Source: an uncultured Pseudomonadota bacterium
GTDB taxonomy: Bacteria > Myxococcota_A > Polyangia > Fen-1088
Direction of reading: 5' to 3'
Assembly (NCBI GenBank): GCA_963847705.1
Contig: CAWKBC010000030.1
Coordinates: 416,001-480,000 of the forward strand
DNA: 64,000 bases
This document shows, piece by piece, positions 32,606 to 43,118 of this stretch. Numbering within the stretch: position 1 is the stretch's first letter; each line of letters starts with the position of its first letter. The notes below the pieces were generated by a model. It worked only from the letters and a program-made list of their open reading frames with translations. It made no database searches and was not told the origin of the DNA. The translations under genes were made by a program, and so were the position numbers.

Positions 32606-35197
32606 ATGCGCGAGGCGCGTCCCCCGCTCGTTCGGTGCTGGTCGGCTCACCTCATCGTTGTGACTGTTTGCTGCGCGGCCGCTGTTTGCGGCGCAACGGG
32701 GCGCGTTCGGGCTGCCGATTTGCTGGCGCCCGCGCGGCCGGCCGCGACAGCGCCAGCGACAGCCAACGCTCCCGCGACGGTGGCCGCGTCCGCGACTGCT
32801 CCCGCAACGGTGGTCGCGCCCGCGACTGCTCCCGCAACGGTGGCCGCGAACGCGAAGGCGAAGGCGTTGCAACGTTACAGCCTCACCGTGCGCGGCGGCG
32901 TCAGTCTGGGCGCCTACGAGGGCGGCATCAACTGGGCGTTGCTGCGGGTGCTCGAGGGTGACCCGGGCGCGTCGCTGACGACCGTCACCGGCGCCTCGGC
33001 CGGCAACATCAACGCCTTCCTGAGCGCTGTCGAGTGGTGCCAGAACCCGGCGCGCTCGGCCGCGGAGTCGCCGCGCGACAACCTGTTCTGGAAGGCGTGG
33101 ATCCCGGTCGGGATCCATGGCCTGTTTCCGCGCGGCCAGGCCCAGGGGTATGCGCCCGGTGATGGTCTGTTCGCGCGCGGGGCCTTCGCCCCCGCCGAGG
33201 CGACGCTCCGGATGGCGCTCGACGACGGGACGCGTTTTCCGGGAGGCTGTCCGCTGACGGTGGGGGTGACGGTGACGCGCATTCGTCCCGCGGACATCGT
33301 CATCAAATCGGCCGACGCGCAATCCGGCAGCGACGGGATTCACATCCCCACGCAGCGGTTCGTCTCGACGTTCGGCCTGGAGACGGGGCCGGCCGGTCTG
33401 CGCTTCCGGCAACTGGCCGAGCATGATCACCAGATCGGCGAATACCTGACGCTGCCGACCAAGGATGGCGCCGGCCTGGTGAGCGACGATCAGGTCCTCG
33501 ACATCATCCACGCCTCCAGCGCTTTTCCCGTGGCGTTCGGACCGCAGGTGATCCGCCACTGCCCCGAAGATGGTGAGGGCGGCGGCCGCGGCCGGGGTCG
33601 CGCCGGCTGCGCCGCGGTGGCCGATCAGTTCATCGACGGCGGCGTGTTCGACAACGTTCCGCTCGGGCTGGCGGTCAGCCTGACCGGACAGATCCTGGCG
33701 CCGGACGACGCGGAGCAGGTGCACTACGTCTACGTCGATCCCGACCACGCGCGGTCCTACAGCCAGGCGCCGCCGCCGCCCGAGCGCCCGGAGACCAAGC
33801 GGGTGGGCCTCTCGACCACCTTCGATTTCATCTCCACCTTCGTCGCCGTCTCGGAGCAGTACGAGCTGCAGACGGTCGCGCGCTACCTCTACAAACCGAC
33901 CGACGGGCGCCTGCCGAACGGCGAAAAGCTGCCGCCCCCGACGCCGCTCCCCCGGCTCAGCTCCCGGTTTCATCCGCTGATGGGCTCGTATCTGGCCCAC
34001 TTCGGGGCCTTCTTCGCGGAGCCGTTCCGCGAGCACGACTTCTACGTCGGCGTCTACGACGGCCTGGTCAACGCCGCGCGCGAGCAATGGAAGATCGACG
34101 CCGCCGATCGGCAGTTGAGCGAGGATGAGGCGAGCCACCTGGTCGGCAGCGTGCGCGCCTTTCATGACCGGCTGGGGCTGTCGGCGCCGCGCGCGGCCGC
34201 CGCGTCGTACATGGTCCGCCGCCTGCTCGACGCCGAGCTGGCGCAGGCGGTCGCGCCGGAGGTGGGCGCGCGCCTGCGGCGGCAGGCCGACGCCGCAGGT
34301 GGCACGCTGGACACCTGGTTGAAGGCGCGCGATCAGCTGGCCGAGGAGGACTCGCCGCCGCGCATTCCGTTGCTGCGCGTGCTGGTCGACGTCCTCTCCT
34401 GCGAGAGCCAGGCCGGGACGAAGCCGCCCGGGTGCGGGCCGCACGACAAGCCGGTCGACGAGCAGAGCCTGACCGACGTCGTCGATCATCTGCGCGTGAC
34501 CCTCGGCGCCGACGAGGTGAAGTCCGACCTCTACTTCACCGACACCGACGAGCGCGGGTTCCTGCGGCGGCCGGACAAGTGGCTGCAGAACGCCGAGATC
34601 GACGCCGCCGAGCGGCTCGATCAGATCGAGCACATCGACGGCTACCCGCTCGGCGAGCACCTGACCGCGGGCGCACAGATGGTGCTCGAGACCGAGCCGT
34701 TGCGGCCGCTGACCCCTCTCGATCTCGACCCCTCCAGCATCCCCGATCGCCGCCTCACGCCGGTCCGACTGCTCTTTCACCTGCTCCCCTACGAGGTCTC
34801 GGGCGACTTCGTCCACTCCGGCTGGCGCGTCAGCTATCGGCCGACGTTCGGGCTGGCCGGGGGACCGCTCGCGCTCATCACGCCGATCTCCCCCTGGATC
34901 TGGCAGCGCAGCACGCACCAGACGTTCCAATCGGTCGGCCTCGGCCTCTTCGCGGCGATCGACAGCTTCTTGCTGACGGGCGTGGAGGCCTTCCCCAAGG
35001 TGCAGTGCGCCTGGTTCGCCCAGGACTGCAGCTTCGGTGGCGAGGTGGGCGCCTACTTCATCGCCGGGAAGCTCCGCCTCGGCGCCGGGGTCGACAGGTT
35101 TGCGGGCGCCGGTCAGCTCGACAGCTGGATCGCGCAGGTCGGCCTCGCCGACATCAACGGCCTCATCTACTGGGGCGTGCGGCACGCCGTGCAGTGA
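32606..35197 (+). CDS. Secreted patatin-like phospholipase
   Basis: GGVSLGAYEGG oxyanion loop, GASAG nucleophile, ASSAFPVAF, DGGVFDN; N-terminal signal. Confidence 0.88.
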   Translation: MREARPPLVRCWSAHLIVVTVCCAAAVCGATGRVRAADLLAPARPAATAPATANAPATVAASATAPATVVAPATAPATVAANAKAKALQRYSLTVRGGVSLGAYEGGINWALLRVLEGDPGASLTTVTGASAGNINAFLSAVEWCQNPARSAAESPRDNLFWKAWIPVGIHGLFPRGQAQGYAPGDGLFARGAFAPAEATLRMALDDGTRFPGGCPLTVGVTVTRIRPADIVIKSADAQSGSDGIHIPTQRFVSTFGLETGPAGLRFRQLAEHDHQIGEYLTLPTKDGAGLVSDDQVLDIIHASSAFPVAFGPQVIRHCPEDGEGGGRGRGRAGCAAVADQFIDGGVFDNVPLGLAVSLTGQILAPDDAEQVHYVYVDPDHARSYSQAPPPPERPETKRVGLSTTFDFISTFVAVSEQYELQTVARYLYKPTDGRLPNGEKLPPPTPLPRLSSRFHPLMGSYLAHFGAFFAEPFREHDFYVGVYDGLVNAAREQWKIDAADRQLSEDEASHLVGSVRAFHDRLGLSAPRAAAASYMVRRLLDAELAQAVAPEVGARLRRQADAAGGTLDTWLKARDQLAEEDSPPRIPLLRVLVDVLSCESQAGTKPPGCGPHDKPVDEQSLTDVVDHLRVTLGADEVKSDLYFTDTDERGFLRRPDKWLQNAEIDAAERLDQIEHIDGYPLGEHLTAGAQMVLETEPLRPLTPLDLDPSSIPDRRLTPVRLLFHLLPYEVSGDFVHSGWRVSYRPTFGLAGGPLALITPISPWIWQRSTHQTFQSVGLGLFAAIDSFLLTGVEAFPKVQCAWFAQDCSFGGEVGAYFIAGKLRLGAGVDRFAGAGQLDSWIAQVGLADINGLIYWGVRHAVQ
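32768..32848 (+). repeat. 30-bp tandem repeat (~2.7 copies) encoding APATV(A/V)AxAT linker
   Basis: GCTCCCGC(G/A)ACGGTGG at 32768, 32798 and 32828. Confidence 0.85.
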
Positions 35198-35216
35198 GCG
35201 CGCGCGGCGGCCGCCG

Positions 35217-35669
35217 TCAGTCGCGCGGGTGGATCTTCACGTCGTAGGGGTGCGGGCGCCCCTCTTCGCGCTCGATCCAGTTCTTGAGGCTCATCAGAAA
35301 GACCGCCCACTTGGTGCTGCAGTGGTGCATGAACTCGACGGGGTCCTTCCACCCCGCGTGCGTGAACAGCACGTAGGTCTCGGGCCCTTTTTCCAGCAGG
35401 CGAAACGTCAGCTGCGTTCCGATCCACTCGGGCGGGCCCCCCTCGCACTGCCAGCGCACCACCTCGCCCGGCTTCGACTCGATGACCCGCATGTCGAAGC
35501 CATCTTCGTTGCGGCCCCTCTCGGGTCGAACCTTCACCACTCCCCCCACGCTCGTCTCACCGCTGGTCCCTGTGATCCACCAGTGCGACAACCCCGTGGT
35601 CGTGGCGATGGCGTCGTAGACCTTGGCGGGCGAGCCTTGCATCCCCACCCTGTGCAGAATATCGGGCAT
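35217..35669 (-). CDS. SRPBCC/AHSA1-domain protein
   Basis: MPDILHRVG, GLSHWW, PPEWIGT, HHCSTKWAVFLMSLK; GAGGAG RBS. Confidence 0.9.
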   Translation of the reverse strand: MPDILHRVGMQGSPAKVYDAIATTTGLSHWWITGTSGETSVGGVVKVRPERGRNEDGFDMRVIESKPGEVVRWQCEGGPPEWIGTQLTFRLLEKGPETYVLFTHAGWKDPVEFMHHCSTKWAVFLMSLKNWIEREEGRPHPYDVKIHPRD

Positions 35670-35833
35670 CCAATCTCCTCAGCTCACTATAACGTCGGCG
35701 GTCGCGGTCAATTCCTGTTGCGGCGCCGTGTCACAGAGCTGGCGCGGGCCGTTGTGTCATGGTCGCCAACCTGGGAAGGCGGACGCCGGCCGGCAATCGT
35801 CTGGCGGCTGATTCGCGCTTATTCTCGACAGCC

Positions 35834-36871
35834 ATGGCGCTGCAGATCGAAGAGCTGAACGACACCAACTGCAAGACCTACTTGTTGACCGCAGGCGACG
35901 AGGCGGCGCTGGTCGACCCGGTGCGCGAGCGGCTCGACACCTATCGCTCGCTGCTCGGGCGGCGCGGACTCAAGCTGCGGATGGTGCTGGAGACCCACAT
36001 GCACGCCGATCACCTCATGTTCAATCGCGCGGCCAAGGATCTGCTCGGCGCGACGATGGTCATGCACCGCGAGAGCCCGAGCCCCCTCGTCGATCGCCAC
36101 GTCGACGACGGCGACGTGCTGGCGCTGGGGGGCGAGCGGATCGAGGTGCTGCACACGCCGGGGCACACGCCGGACTCGGTCTGCTATCGGGTGGCGGGGG
36201 CGGTGCTGACCGGTGACACCTTGCTGGTCGGCGGGTCGGGGCGCACCGACTTCCCGGGCGCGGATGCCGGGCAGCAGTACGACGCCGTTCATGGCCGCCT
36301 GTTCACGCTCCCCGACGACACGGTCGTCTGGCCGGCGCACGACTACCACGGCAAGACGTCGACCACGATCGGCGAGGAGAAGCGCACGAACCCGCGCTAC
36401 GTGGGGAAGAGCCGCGCCGCGTACGTGACGCTGATGGGGAGCCTCGGGCTGCCGTTTCCGCAGAAGATTCAGGAATCGTTGCAGGTCAACCAGTCGGGCT
36501 TCGAGAGCGAGGAGGTTCGCTTCCCGATGGTCGCCGACATCGCCGCCATGCCGGTCGTCTCGCCGGAGGAGGTCGTGGCGGAACGGCAAGGGGCGTCGCC
36601 GCCGCTGCTGCTCGACGTGCGCGAGCCGGAGGAGTTCGTTGGCGAGCTGGGCCACGTCAAAGGCGCGTTGCATGTCCCGCTGGACGTCTTGCAGAGGCGT
36701 CTCCCCAAGCTGGCGGGCTATCTCGGACGCGAGGTGGTGGTCATCTGTCGCGCGGGCGCCCGTTCGGCGACCGCGGCGGCCATCCTCCGCCAGGCCGGTT
36801 TCGGTCACGTCCGCAACCTGGCGGGCGGCATGCTGGAGTGGAACGCCCGCCGCCTGCCGGTCGAGCACTGA
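35834..36871 (+). CDS. Persulfide dioxygenase (ETHE1-like MBL fold)-rhodanese fusion
   Basis: ETHMHADH, HTPGHT, TGDTL, GRTDF, WPAHDY; C-terminal rhodanese LLDVREPEE...ICRAGARS...LAGGMLEW. Confidence 0.88.
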   Translation: MALQIEELNDTNCKTYLLTAGDEAALVDPVRERLDTYRSLLGRRGLKLRMVLETHMHADHLMFNRAAKDLLGATMVMHRESPSPLVDRHVDDGDVLALGGERIEVLHTPGHTPDSVCYRVAGAVLTGDTLLVGGSGRTDFPGADAGQQYDAVHGRLFTLPDDTVVWPAHDYHGKTSTTIGEEKRTNPRYVGKSRAAYVTLMGSLGLPFPQKIQESLQVNQSGFESEEVRFPMVADIAAMPVVSPEEVVAERQGASPPLLLDVREPEEFVGELGHVKGALHVPLDVLQRRLPKLAGYLGREVVVICRAGARSATAAAILRQAGFGHVRNLAGGMLEWNARRLPVEH

Positions 36872-36920
36872 GCGTGCCCGGTGGCGGCGCCAGGGCCAGA
36901 CCGCAGCCTCACGCAGATGA

Positions 36921-36966
36921 TTGTATAATACAAATAGATTGACGCTCCGCCCAGGCTGCCTAAGAT
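36921..36966 (+). promoter_or_regulatory. Palindromic operator plus sigma70 promoter of marR-aqp-arsC
   Basis: Perfect IR TTGTAT-A-ATACAA (36921-36933); -35 TTGACG (36939-36944), 16 nt spacer, -10 TAAGAT (36961-36966); ATG 36974 lies 7 nt downstream. Confidence 0.75.
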
Positions 36967-36970
36967 CCCG

Positions 36971-37453
36971 GTGATGGTCGAGGAGATCCGTTTCGGGGAG
37001 CTGCTTGCGCAGGTGGCACGAGAGGTCACGCGACGGCGCGGGGCAGACGTCTGTTGCGGCGACCTGACGCCGGAACAATTTCAGACGCTGCAGGCGGTGA
37101 GCTCGGCGGACCAGCCCTCGATCGGGGCGCTGTCGGCGTCGCTGGGCGTGGACCTGTCGACCATGAGCCGGAACGTGGCGTTGCTCGTACGAAACGGCCA
37201 TCTCCGGCGCGCGCGGAGCGCCGATGACGCCCGCGTCGTGCAGGTCCGGCTCACGCCCAAGGGAAAGCGGGCGCTCGAAACGCTTCGCTGCGACGAGCGC
37301 GACGTGTTCAAGGACGCGTATGAGCGATTGCCCGCGGCTGAGCGCACCACGGTCGTCCGGGCGCTGGAGACGCTGAGCGACTGCCTCGAGACCAGCGCCG
37401 GGCGCGCGGCGGCCTGCTGTCCGCCGGCGGCCATCCCGAGGCGCGTCGCTTGA
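36971..37453 (+). CDS. MarR-family regulator with vicinal Cys pairs (arsenic-responsive MarR-type)
   Basis: w[15 protein letters not shown]...[13 protein letters not shown]; C28-C29 and C149-C150; heads the aqp-arsC operon. Confidence 0.88.
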   Translation: MMVEEIRFGELLAQVAREVTRRRGADVCCGDLTPEQFQTLQAVSSADQPSIGALSASLGVDLSTMSRNVALLVRNGHLRRARSADDARVVQVRLTPKGKRALETLRCDERDVFKDAYERLPAAERTTVVRALETLSDCLETSAGRAAACCPPAAIPRRVA

Positions 37454-38181
37454 GCGCGGCGGCGCTGAGCGCGTCCCCGTCGCTGTCGAGACGAGTCGTC
37501 GCCGAGGGGCTGGGAACGGCCTTTCTCCTGGCGACCGTTGTCGGCTCGGGAATCATGGCCGAGCGGCTGGCCGGCGGAAACGTCGCGCTCGCGCTGCTCG
37601 CCAACACGAGCGCCACCGGCGCGGGACTGCTGGCGCTCATCCTGACGTTCGGCGGGATCTCGGGCGCGCACTTCAATCCCGCCGTCACCTTGGCCGAGGC
37701 CAGCCAGGGCGCGCTCCCCTGGCGCGACGCCGTGGCCTACGTGGCCAGCCAGCTCGCCGGCGCGTTCGCCGGCGTGGCGCTGGCCCACCTGATGTTCGAC
37801 CTGCCGCTCTTCAGCGCCTCCCAGCACGCGCGCGCGGGCCTCGGGCCGCTGGTGGGCGAGCTGACGGCCACCTTCGGGCTCATCGTCGTCATCCGGATCG
37901 GCGCCCGCACACAGCCGGCGATGACGCCCTTCGCGGTGGCGGCCTTCATCACCGCGGCCTACTGGTTCACCTCGTCGACGTCGTTCGCGAACCCGGCGGT
38001 GACCCTGGCGCGGTCGGTCTCGGACACCTTCGCCGGCATCCGTCCCACGGACGCGCCGGGGTTCATCGCCGCGCAGACGGTCGGCGCGGTCTCGGCCACG
38101 CTGCTCTGCCGGTGGCTGCTGGCGAGGCCGCCCGCGCTGGCCCGGGAGGTGCTGGCCAAAGACCAGGAGAACGCCGCATGA
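37450..38181 (+). CDS. MIP/aquaglyceroporin, AqpS-like arsenite channel
   Basis: [11 protein letters not shown] and [16 protein letters not shown]; [10 protein letters not shown]; overlapping starts/stops with both neighbours. Confidence 0.9.
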   Translation: MSAAALSASPSLSRRVVAEGLGTAFLLATVVGSGIMAERLAGGNVALALLANTSATGAGLLALILTFGGISGAHFNPAVTLAEASQGALPWRDAVAYVASQLAGAFAGVALAHLMFDLPLFSASQHARAGLGPLVGELTATFGLIVVIRIGARTQPAMTPFAVAAFITAAYWFTSSTSFANPAVTLARSVSDTFAGIRPTDAPGFIAAQTVGAVSATLLCRWLLARPPALAREVLAKDQENAA

Positions 38182-38627
38182 GCCGTCCGAAGACGCGCGT
38201 CCTGTTCCTCTGCATCCACAACTCGGCCCGCAGCCAGATGGCCGCGGCGTTCTTGCAGCAGCTCGGCGGCGATCGCTTCGAGGTTGAGAGCGCCGGGCTC
38301 GAGCCTGGGCGCCTCAATCCGCTGGCGGTCGCGGCGATGAAAGACGCCGGGATCGACATCAGCGCGAACGGAACGCAGTCGGTCTTCGACCTCTACCGGA
38401 GCGGCCGCCGCTTCGCCTACGTGATCAGCGTGTGCGACGCCGCCTCGGCGGAGCGGTGCCCGATCTTTCTCGGCGTGGCCAGGCGGCTCAACTGGAGCTT
38501 CGCCGATCCGTCAGCGTTCACCGGCACCGAGCCGGAGCGGTTGCTCCGGACGATCGCCGTGCGCGACGAGATCCGCGACAAGGTGCGCGCCTGGATCGAA
38601 GAAGAGGGGGCCAGCGCTTCCGGATAG
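38178..38627 (+). CDS. arsC: Arsenate reductase, thioredoxin-dependent (LMW-PTP fold)
   Basis: P-loop CIHNSARS (Cx5R), resolving pair [21 protein letters not shown]. Confidence 0.88.
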   Translation: MSRPKTRVLFLCIHNSARSQMAAAFLQQLGGDRFEVESAGLEPGRLNPLAVAAMKDAGIDISANGTQSVFDLYRSGRRFAYVISVCDAASAERCPIFLGVARRLNWSFADPSAFTGTEPERLLRTIAVRDEIRDKVRAWIEEEGASASG

Positions 38628-38702
38628 AGGATGCGCCCGCGGGTGCCGATCTTTTGCAGAATCGACACATGAACGATCGGGGGATCGACGGAGACTCCGC
38701 CG

Positions 38703-39197
38703 GTGCAGCGGAGGACGATTCTGGCGCTCGTCGCGGTGCTGGTGCTGGCGGGCGGATGCGGCCAAGGGTCGTCCGCCAACGTCTCCCTGACCTTGATTGA
38801 GACCGAGGCTGGGGCAGGGGTCGACGCCTCGGACGGGTCCAGCGCCCCCAACAGCATGGCGCGCTGTTGCGCCCTGGCGGTGGCGCTGCCGGACGCGGGG
38901 GGAATGCGCGACGGGGGCGATGCGGCGATCTCGGAGCCCACCGACAATTGCTCGGTCCTCGCGCGGCGCACGCTCGGCGCGGTTGAGCCCTGCTTGCTCG
39001 GCGATGGAGGGGCGGGCTTCGGCGCCTGGACCTGCGGAACAGCGTCGCCCCAGTCGTGGTGCGCGAACAACGGCCTCTCCTGCAACCTCGGTGATCCCTG
39101 CACGCTGCTCGACGTCGGTTGTCCCGGCGTCGTCCAGGCCTGCACCTTCACGCCGTACACGCCCCCGCCCACGTCGAGCGACTCCGGCGCCGGCTGA
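38703..39197 (+). CDS. Cys-rich hypothetical lipoprotein
   Basis: MQRRTILALVAVLVLAGGC lipoprotein signal; DAG-type linkers; many Cys. Confidence 0.65.
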   Translation: MQRRTILALVAVLVLAGGCGQGSSANVSLTLIETEAGAGVDASDGSSAPNSMARCCALAVALPDAGGMRDGGDAAISEPTDNCSVLARRTLGAVEPCLLGDGGAGFGAWTCGTASPQSWCANNGLSCNLGDPCTLLDVGCPGVVQACTFTPYTPPPTSSDSGAG

Positions 39198-39213
39198 TTC
39201 GCCAGCCTCTCGG

Positions 39214-39804
39214 TCAACCCTTCGTTCGGAGGGCCGCCGGCCAGGCGGGGAGTCGCTGCGCTTCGGCGAGCGGCAGCGGCGGCGCCGGCGTGGCGGGCCT
39301 CTCCTGCAGCGGGAGGTGCCACCACCCGACGTCACGCCAGGCGCCGAGCTTCCAGCCGACCGCCGGGTAGACGCCGACCGGGCGAAACCCCAACGATTCG
39401 TGGAGCCCCACGCTGGCCGCGTTGGGGAGCGTGACCCCGGCGTGCGCCACGTAGAACCCCTGCAGGCCGAGCAGCGGGAAGAGCGCCCCATAAAGCGCGC
39501 GCCCGACGCCGCGCCGGTGGTGCCCCGCGCGGATGTAGACGGTCACGTCGACGGACCACTGGTACGCCGCGCGCTCGGCATGTCGCGCGGCATAGGCGTA
39601 CCCGACCGGGGCGCCCGCGTCGTCGAGCGCCACCAGCCAGGGCGCCAGCACAAGCACGGTTTCGATGCGCCTGGCCATCTCAGCGGCGCCGGGCGGCGTG
39701 ACCTCGAAGGAGGTCACCTCCTCGGTCACGTACGGGCGGTAGATGTCCGCGACCGCAGCGGCATCGCCCACGCCCGCCATCCGGATTGCCACCCCGGCCG
39801 CCAT
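39214..39804 (-). CDS. GNAT N-acetyltransferase, PAT/ArsN1-like
   Basis: IYRPYV...SFEVTPP, GYAYA...ERAAYQWSVDVTVY, RRGVGRALY, LPNAASVGLHESLGF, VGWKLGAWRDVGWW. Confidence 0.88.
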   Translation of the reverse strand: MAAGVAIRMAGVGDAAAVADIYRPYVTEEVTSFEVTPPGAAEMARRIETVLVLAPWLVALDDAGAPVGYAYAARHAERAAYQWSVDVTVYIRAGHHRRGVGRALYGALFPLLGLQGFYVAHAGVTLPNAASVGLHESLGFRPVGVYPAVGWKLGAWRDVGWWHLPLQERPATPAPPLPLAEAQRLPAWPAALRTKG

Positions 39805-40177
39805 TTGCTTGCCGCCCAGTATGGCGCGATTTGGCGAGCCACCCAACCTCGAACCGGCGCATCATTTCGCCTGGGCGCGCGCATGCTTTCGGGCGGCTCG
39901 AACGTCGTCTGGGTGGAGGGAACGAACGATGACCAAGCAACCAAGCTCGGCGATTGTCGACGGCGGCGCAGGCGCACGCCTTCGGGCGACGGTCGACGAC
40001 GCCGGCGGCTGCGCGCCCCTCACCCGAAAGCCGCGCTTTTCTCGAATGCCCGGGCTCGTCGGTGAGCGTGCTACTGTCCGCCGGTGACCTTGGCCACGCT
40101 GAGACGCCGTTCGAATCGGGTCCGCGGATTCGTCGGTGCAGTGCGCGTGTTTCCGGTCTAGATCGCGACTGACCAGG

Positions 40178-42469
40178 ATGGACGCTGATCAAAAGAAGCT
40201 GGCCAACGCGCTTCCGCAGATCATCTGGACCTGCGATGCCGAGGGGCGCCTCGAGTGGGTGAACGAGCGGTGGGTGGAATTGACCGGACTTACGGAGGAG
40301 GAGTCCCTCCGCGACAAGGAGGCGCTGGTCGCGGTCCACCCCGACGATCGGGCGCAGCTGCAACGGCGTTTCGACGAGGCGCGCGCCGCCGGCAGCCCCT
40401 GTGAGATCGAGTACCGCATCCGCAACCGGCAGGGCGCTTATCGCTTTCACCTTTGCCGGGTGGTGCCGGTCCGGGACGAGGCTGGCGCGATCACGCGGTG
40501 GGTGGCGGCGGCCTTCGACATGCAGGATCGCCGCGAGGCAGAGAGTGCGCTTCGCGCCTCGGAACGACGATTCGAAACGGTCTTTCACCTCAATCCGTTG
40601 CCGTCGGCGATCACCCGCCTGGCCGACGGGACGTTTGTGAGCATGAACGACGCGTTCTTCAGGATGACCGGCTACACCCGGGGGGAGGTGGTCGGCAAGA
40701 GCACCGTCGAGCTCGGCATCTTGACCCCCGAGCGGCGCGCGGCGATCGTCGCCCCGGTCTGGGAGGCGGGGTCGACCGAGTTCGATCTCCCGTTGCGGTG
40801 CAAGGACGGCCGGATTCTCACGCTGGAGGTCGTCATCGCCCGCATCGACTTCGGCGGCGAGCCCTGCCTGCTCATCGTGGCGGTCGACGTGACGGGGCGC
40901 CGCGCGTCCGAGGCCGCCTTGCGACAGAGCGAGGCGCGCGCCCGGGCGCGCGCCGACGAGCTGATGGCCCTCATGGACGCGGTCCCCGCCGCCGTCTGGA
41001 TCGCGCACGACCCTCAATGCCGCGAGGCGCACGGCAACCGGACGGGGCGAGAGCTGTTGCGCTTCGCGGACGGCATGAACATCTCGAAGACGGCCAGTGA
41101 TCCATCCGCGTCGCAGCACTTCAAGATCTTCGCCGACGGCGTGGAGCTCGCTCCCCAGGAGCTCCCGCTGCAACGCGCCGCGCGCGGCATCGAGGTCCGA
41201 AACCACGAGGAGGAGGTTCGCTTCGACGATGGGGAGGTGGTCCACCTCTACGGCAACGCGGTTCCGCTGCGCGATCCCAGCGGCGCTCCCCGGGGATCGA
41301 TCGGGGCCTTCGTCGACGTGACGCGCCTCAAGCAGGCGGAGGCGGCCTTGGTGGAGGCCGATCGCCGGAAGGACGAGTTCCTGGCGCTGCTGTCGCACGA
41401 GCTGCGCAACCCGCTGGCCCCCATCCTCACCGCCGCCCAGATCATGCAGCTCCGCGGGGACGTGGCCACGCCCTACGAGCGCGAGGTCATCGTTCGGCAG
41501 GCCCAGCACCTGGTGCGCCTGGTCGACGATCTGCTCGACGTCTCGCGCCTGGCGCGCGGCAAGGTCACCCTCAGCAAGACACCGATGGAGCTCGCCGCCG
41601 CGGTGGGCAAGGCGGTCGAGGCCACCGCGCCGCTGCTCGAGCAGCGGCGGCACCGGCTGAATCTGTCGGTGGCCGCCCATGGCCTCCCCGTCGACGCGGA
41701 CGAGCAGCGCCTGGCGCAGGTGATCGGGCATCTGCTGACCAACGCCGCGCTCTACACCGATCCCGACGGACGCATCGACGTGACGGGGGTGCGCGAGGGT
41801 GACGAGATCGTCTTGCGGGTTCGCGACAACGGGGCCGGCATCGCCCCGGCCCTCTTGCCGCGGCTGTTCGAGATGTTCGTGCAGGACCCGCGCGGCTCCG
41901 ACCGCACCCAAGGGGGGCTCGGGTTGGGGCTCTCGCTGGTGCGGACGCTGACCGCCCTTCACGGCGGCACCGTCAGCGCCCACAGCGCCGGGGCGGGGCA
42001 GGGGAGCGAGTTCACGTTGCGGCTGCCGGCCTCGGCGCCGCCGGACAACCTCTCGGATGTCCCCCTCCGTCGCACGCGGGAGATCTCCGCCGGCTGCGGG
42101 CATCGGATCCTCGTCGTCGACGACAACCGCGACGCCGCATCGACCATCGGGAGGTTCCTGTCGGAGGTGGGGTACGAGGTGCAGCTCGCCGGCGATGCCT
42201 CGCAAGCGCTGTCGGCGGCGCAGGTGATTCGTCCTCACGTCGCCGTCATCGACATCGGGCTTCCCGTGATGGACGGCTACACGCTGGGACGTGAGCTGCG
42301 CGTCCGGATGGGCGGGGCAGCGCCCGAGCTCATCGCCCTCACCGGCTACGGCCAGGAGCAGGACCAGCGCCGCAGCGCGGAGGCGGGGTTCGCGGCGCAC
42401 CTGGTGAAGCCGGTCGACGCCGAGAAGCTCACCCGGCTGGTCGACGCGCTGCTGGGCAAGGCCAGCTGA
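40178..42469 (+). CDS. Cytoplasmic hybrid histidine kinase (3 PAS, HisKA, HATPase, REC)
   Basis: PAS (VHPDD), H-box [30 protein letters not shown]...DIGLPVMDG...LVKP. Confidence 0.93.
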   Translation: MDADQKKLANALPQIIWTCDAEGRLEWVNERWVELTGLTEEESLRDKEALVAVHPDDRAQLQRRFDEARAAGSPCEIEYRIRNRQGAYRFHLCRVVPVRDEAGAITRWVAAAFDMQDRREAESALRASERRFETVFHLNPLPSAITRLADGTFVSMNDAFFRMTGYTRGEVVGKSTVELGILTPERRAAIVAPVWEAGSTEFDLPLRCKDGRILTLEVVIARIDFGGEPCLLIVAVDVTGRRASEAALRQSEARARARADELMALMDAVPAAVWIAHDPQCREAHGNRTGRELLRFADGMNISKTASDPSASQHFKIFADGVELAPQELPLQRAARGIEVRNHEEEVRFDDGEVVHLYGNAVPLRDPSGAPRGSIGAFVDVTRLKQAEAALVEADRRKDEFLALLSHELRNPLAPILTAAQIMQLRGDVATPYEREVIVRQAQHLVRLVDDLLDVSRLARGKVTLSKTPMELAAAVGKAVEATAPLLEQRRHRLNLSVAAHGLPVDADEQRLAQVIGHLLTNAALYTDPDGRIDVTGVREGDEIVLRVRDNGAGIAPALLPRLFEMFVQDPRGSDRTQGGLGLGLSLVRTLTALHGGTVSAHSAGAGQGSEFTLRLPASAPPDNLSDVPLRRTREISAGCGHRILVVDDNRDAASTIGRFLSEVGYEVQLAGDASQALSAAQVIRPHVAVIDIGLPVMDGYTLGRELRVRMGGAAPELIALTGYGQEQDQRRSAEAGFAAHLVKPVDAEKLTRLVDALLGKAS

Positions 42470-42475
42470 AGGTGC

Positions 42476-42664
42476 CTATTCGACCCGGATCAGAAACGGG
42501 TGGCGATCATCGTCTCGCCAGCAGGCAGCCAGCAAAGGATCGGCGAAGCGCCCGTTGCCGCCGACGTCCAGCCCACCGAGCTCGCTCCAATCGTAGGCGT
42601 GGAGCTGGAAGAGGTTCTCCAGCACCGGCTGCTCCGCTGGGCCGGCCGGGTCGAGCGTGATCAT
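42476..42664 (-). pseudogene. Truncated GNAT acetyltransferase (N-terminal 62 aa)
   Basis: VLENLFQLHAYDWSE...G.F...W...RHPFLIRV resembles a GNAT N-terminus; stops before the acetyl-CoA motif, at the end of the convergent kinase. Confidence 0.6.
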
Positions 42665-42686
42665 CGGGCTCGGGGCGCGGAGCGGG

Positions 42687-43118
42687 TCAGGGGCCGAGGA
42701 CCCGGATGTCCGAGATGAAGTAGGTGGTGTCGCCGAAGCAGGAGCTCGGGATGCCGCGCTTCTCCTTGTAGTGGAGGGCGACCCGCTTCCCCTCGGCGTC
42801 CTGGATTCGTTTCACCGTATCGTCGTCTCGCACCGTGAATGAAAAAATCGTCGGCGTGGCTCCCGGCACCGGCGTCATCGCCAGCTCGCCTTCCCAGGTC
42901 CGGCAGAGCCACCCGCGGTGGGAGAACTTCTGGACGTAGCCGATTCGGTCGCCGTCCGAGTAGCTGAAGGTGAGCGTGATGAGCGTCCAGAGCGAGCCAG
43001 CCCCGACCACCACCGCCAGGAACCCGAAGAGGATGATCTTCCAGCGGTGCCGGCGGAAGAACGTCGTGGGCGGAGAAGGCGTGGGCGGAGAAGGCAGCGT
43101 AGCGATCTCGGTGGTCAC
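42687..43118 (-). CDS. Membrane-anchored conserved hypothetical protein
   Basis: Single TM then YSDGDRIGYVQKFSHRGWLCRTWEGEL...CFGDTTYF; TAGCCT 7 nt before GTG. Confidence 0.75.
   Translation of the reverse strand: MTTEIATLPSPPTPSPPTTFFRRHRWKIILFGFLAVVVGAGSLWTLITLTFSYSDGDRIGYVQKFSHRGWLCRTWEGELAMTPVPGATPTIFSFTVRDDDTVKRIQDAEGKRVALHYKEKRGIPSSCFGDTTYFISDIRVLGP

Noticed and set aside
32606-35197. Patatin as a CBASS/anti-phage effector
   Set aside because: Has a signal peptide and no neighbouring cyclase or other defence genes
38669-38725. Another CGATTCT site that could be a motif-linked frameshift joining an upstream ATG
   Set aside because: The uncorrected frame from GTG 38703 already gives a good lipoprotein signal; the corrected version would have an acidic, non-signal N-terminus
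43066-43095. 15-bp perfect tandem duplication
   Set aside because: Encodes PSPPT x2 in a disordered N-terminus; trivial slippage
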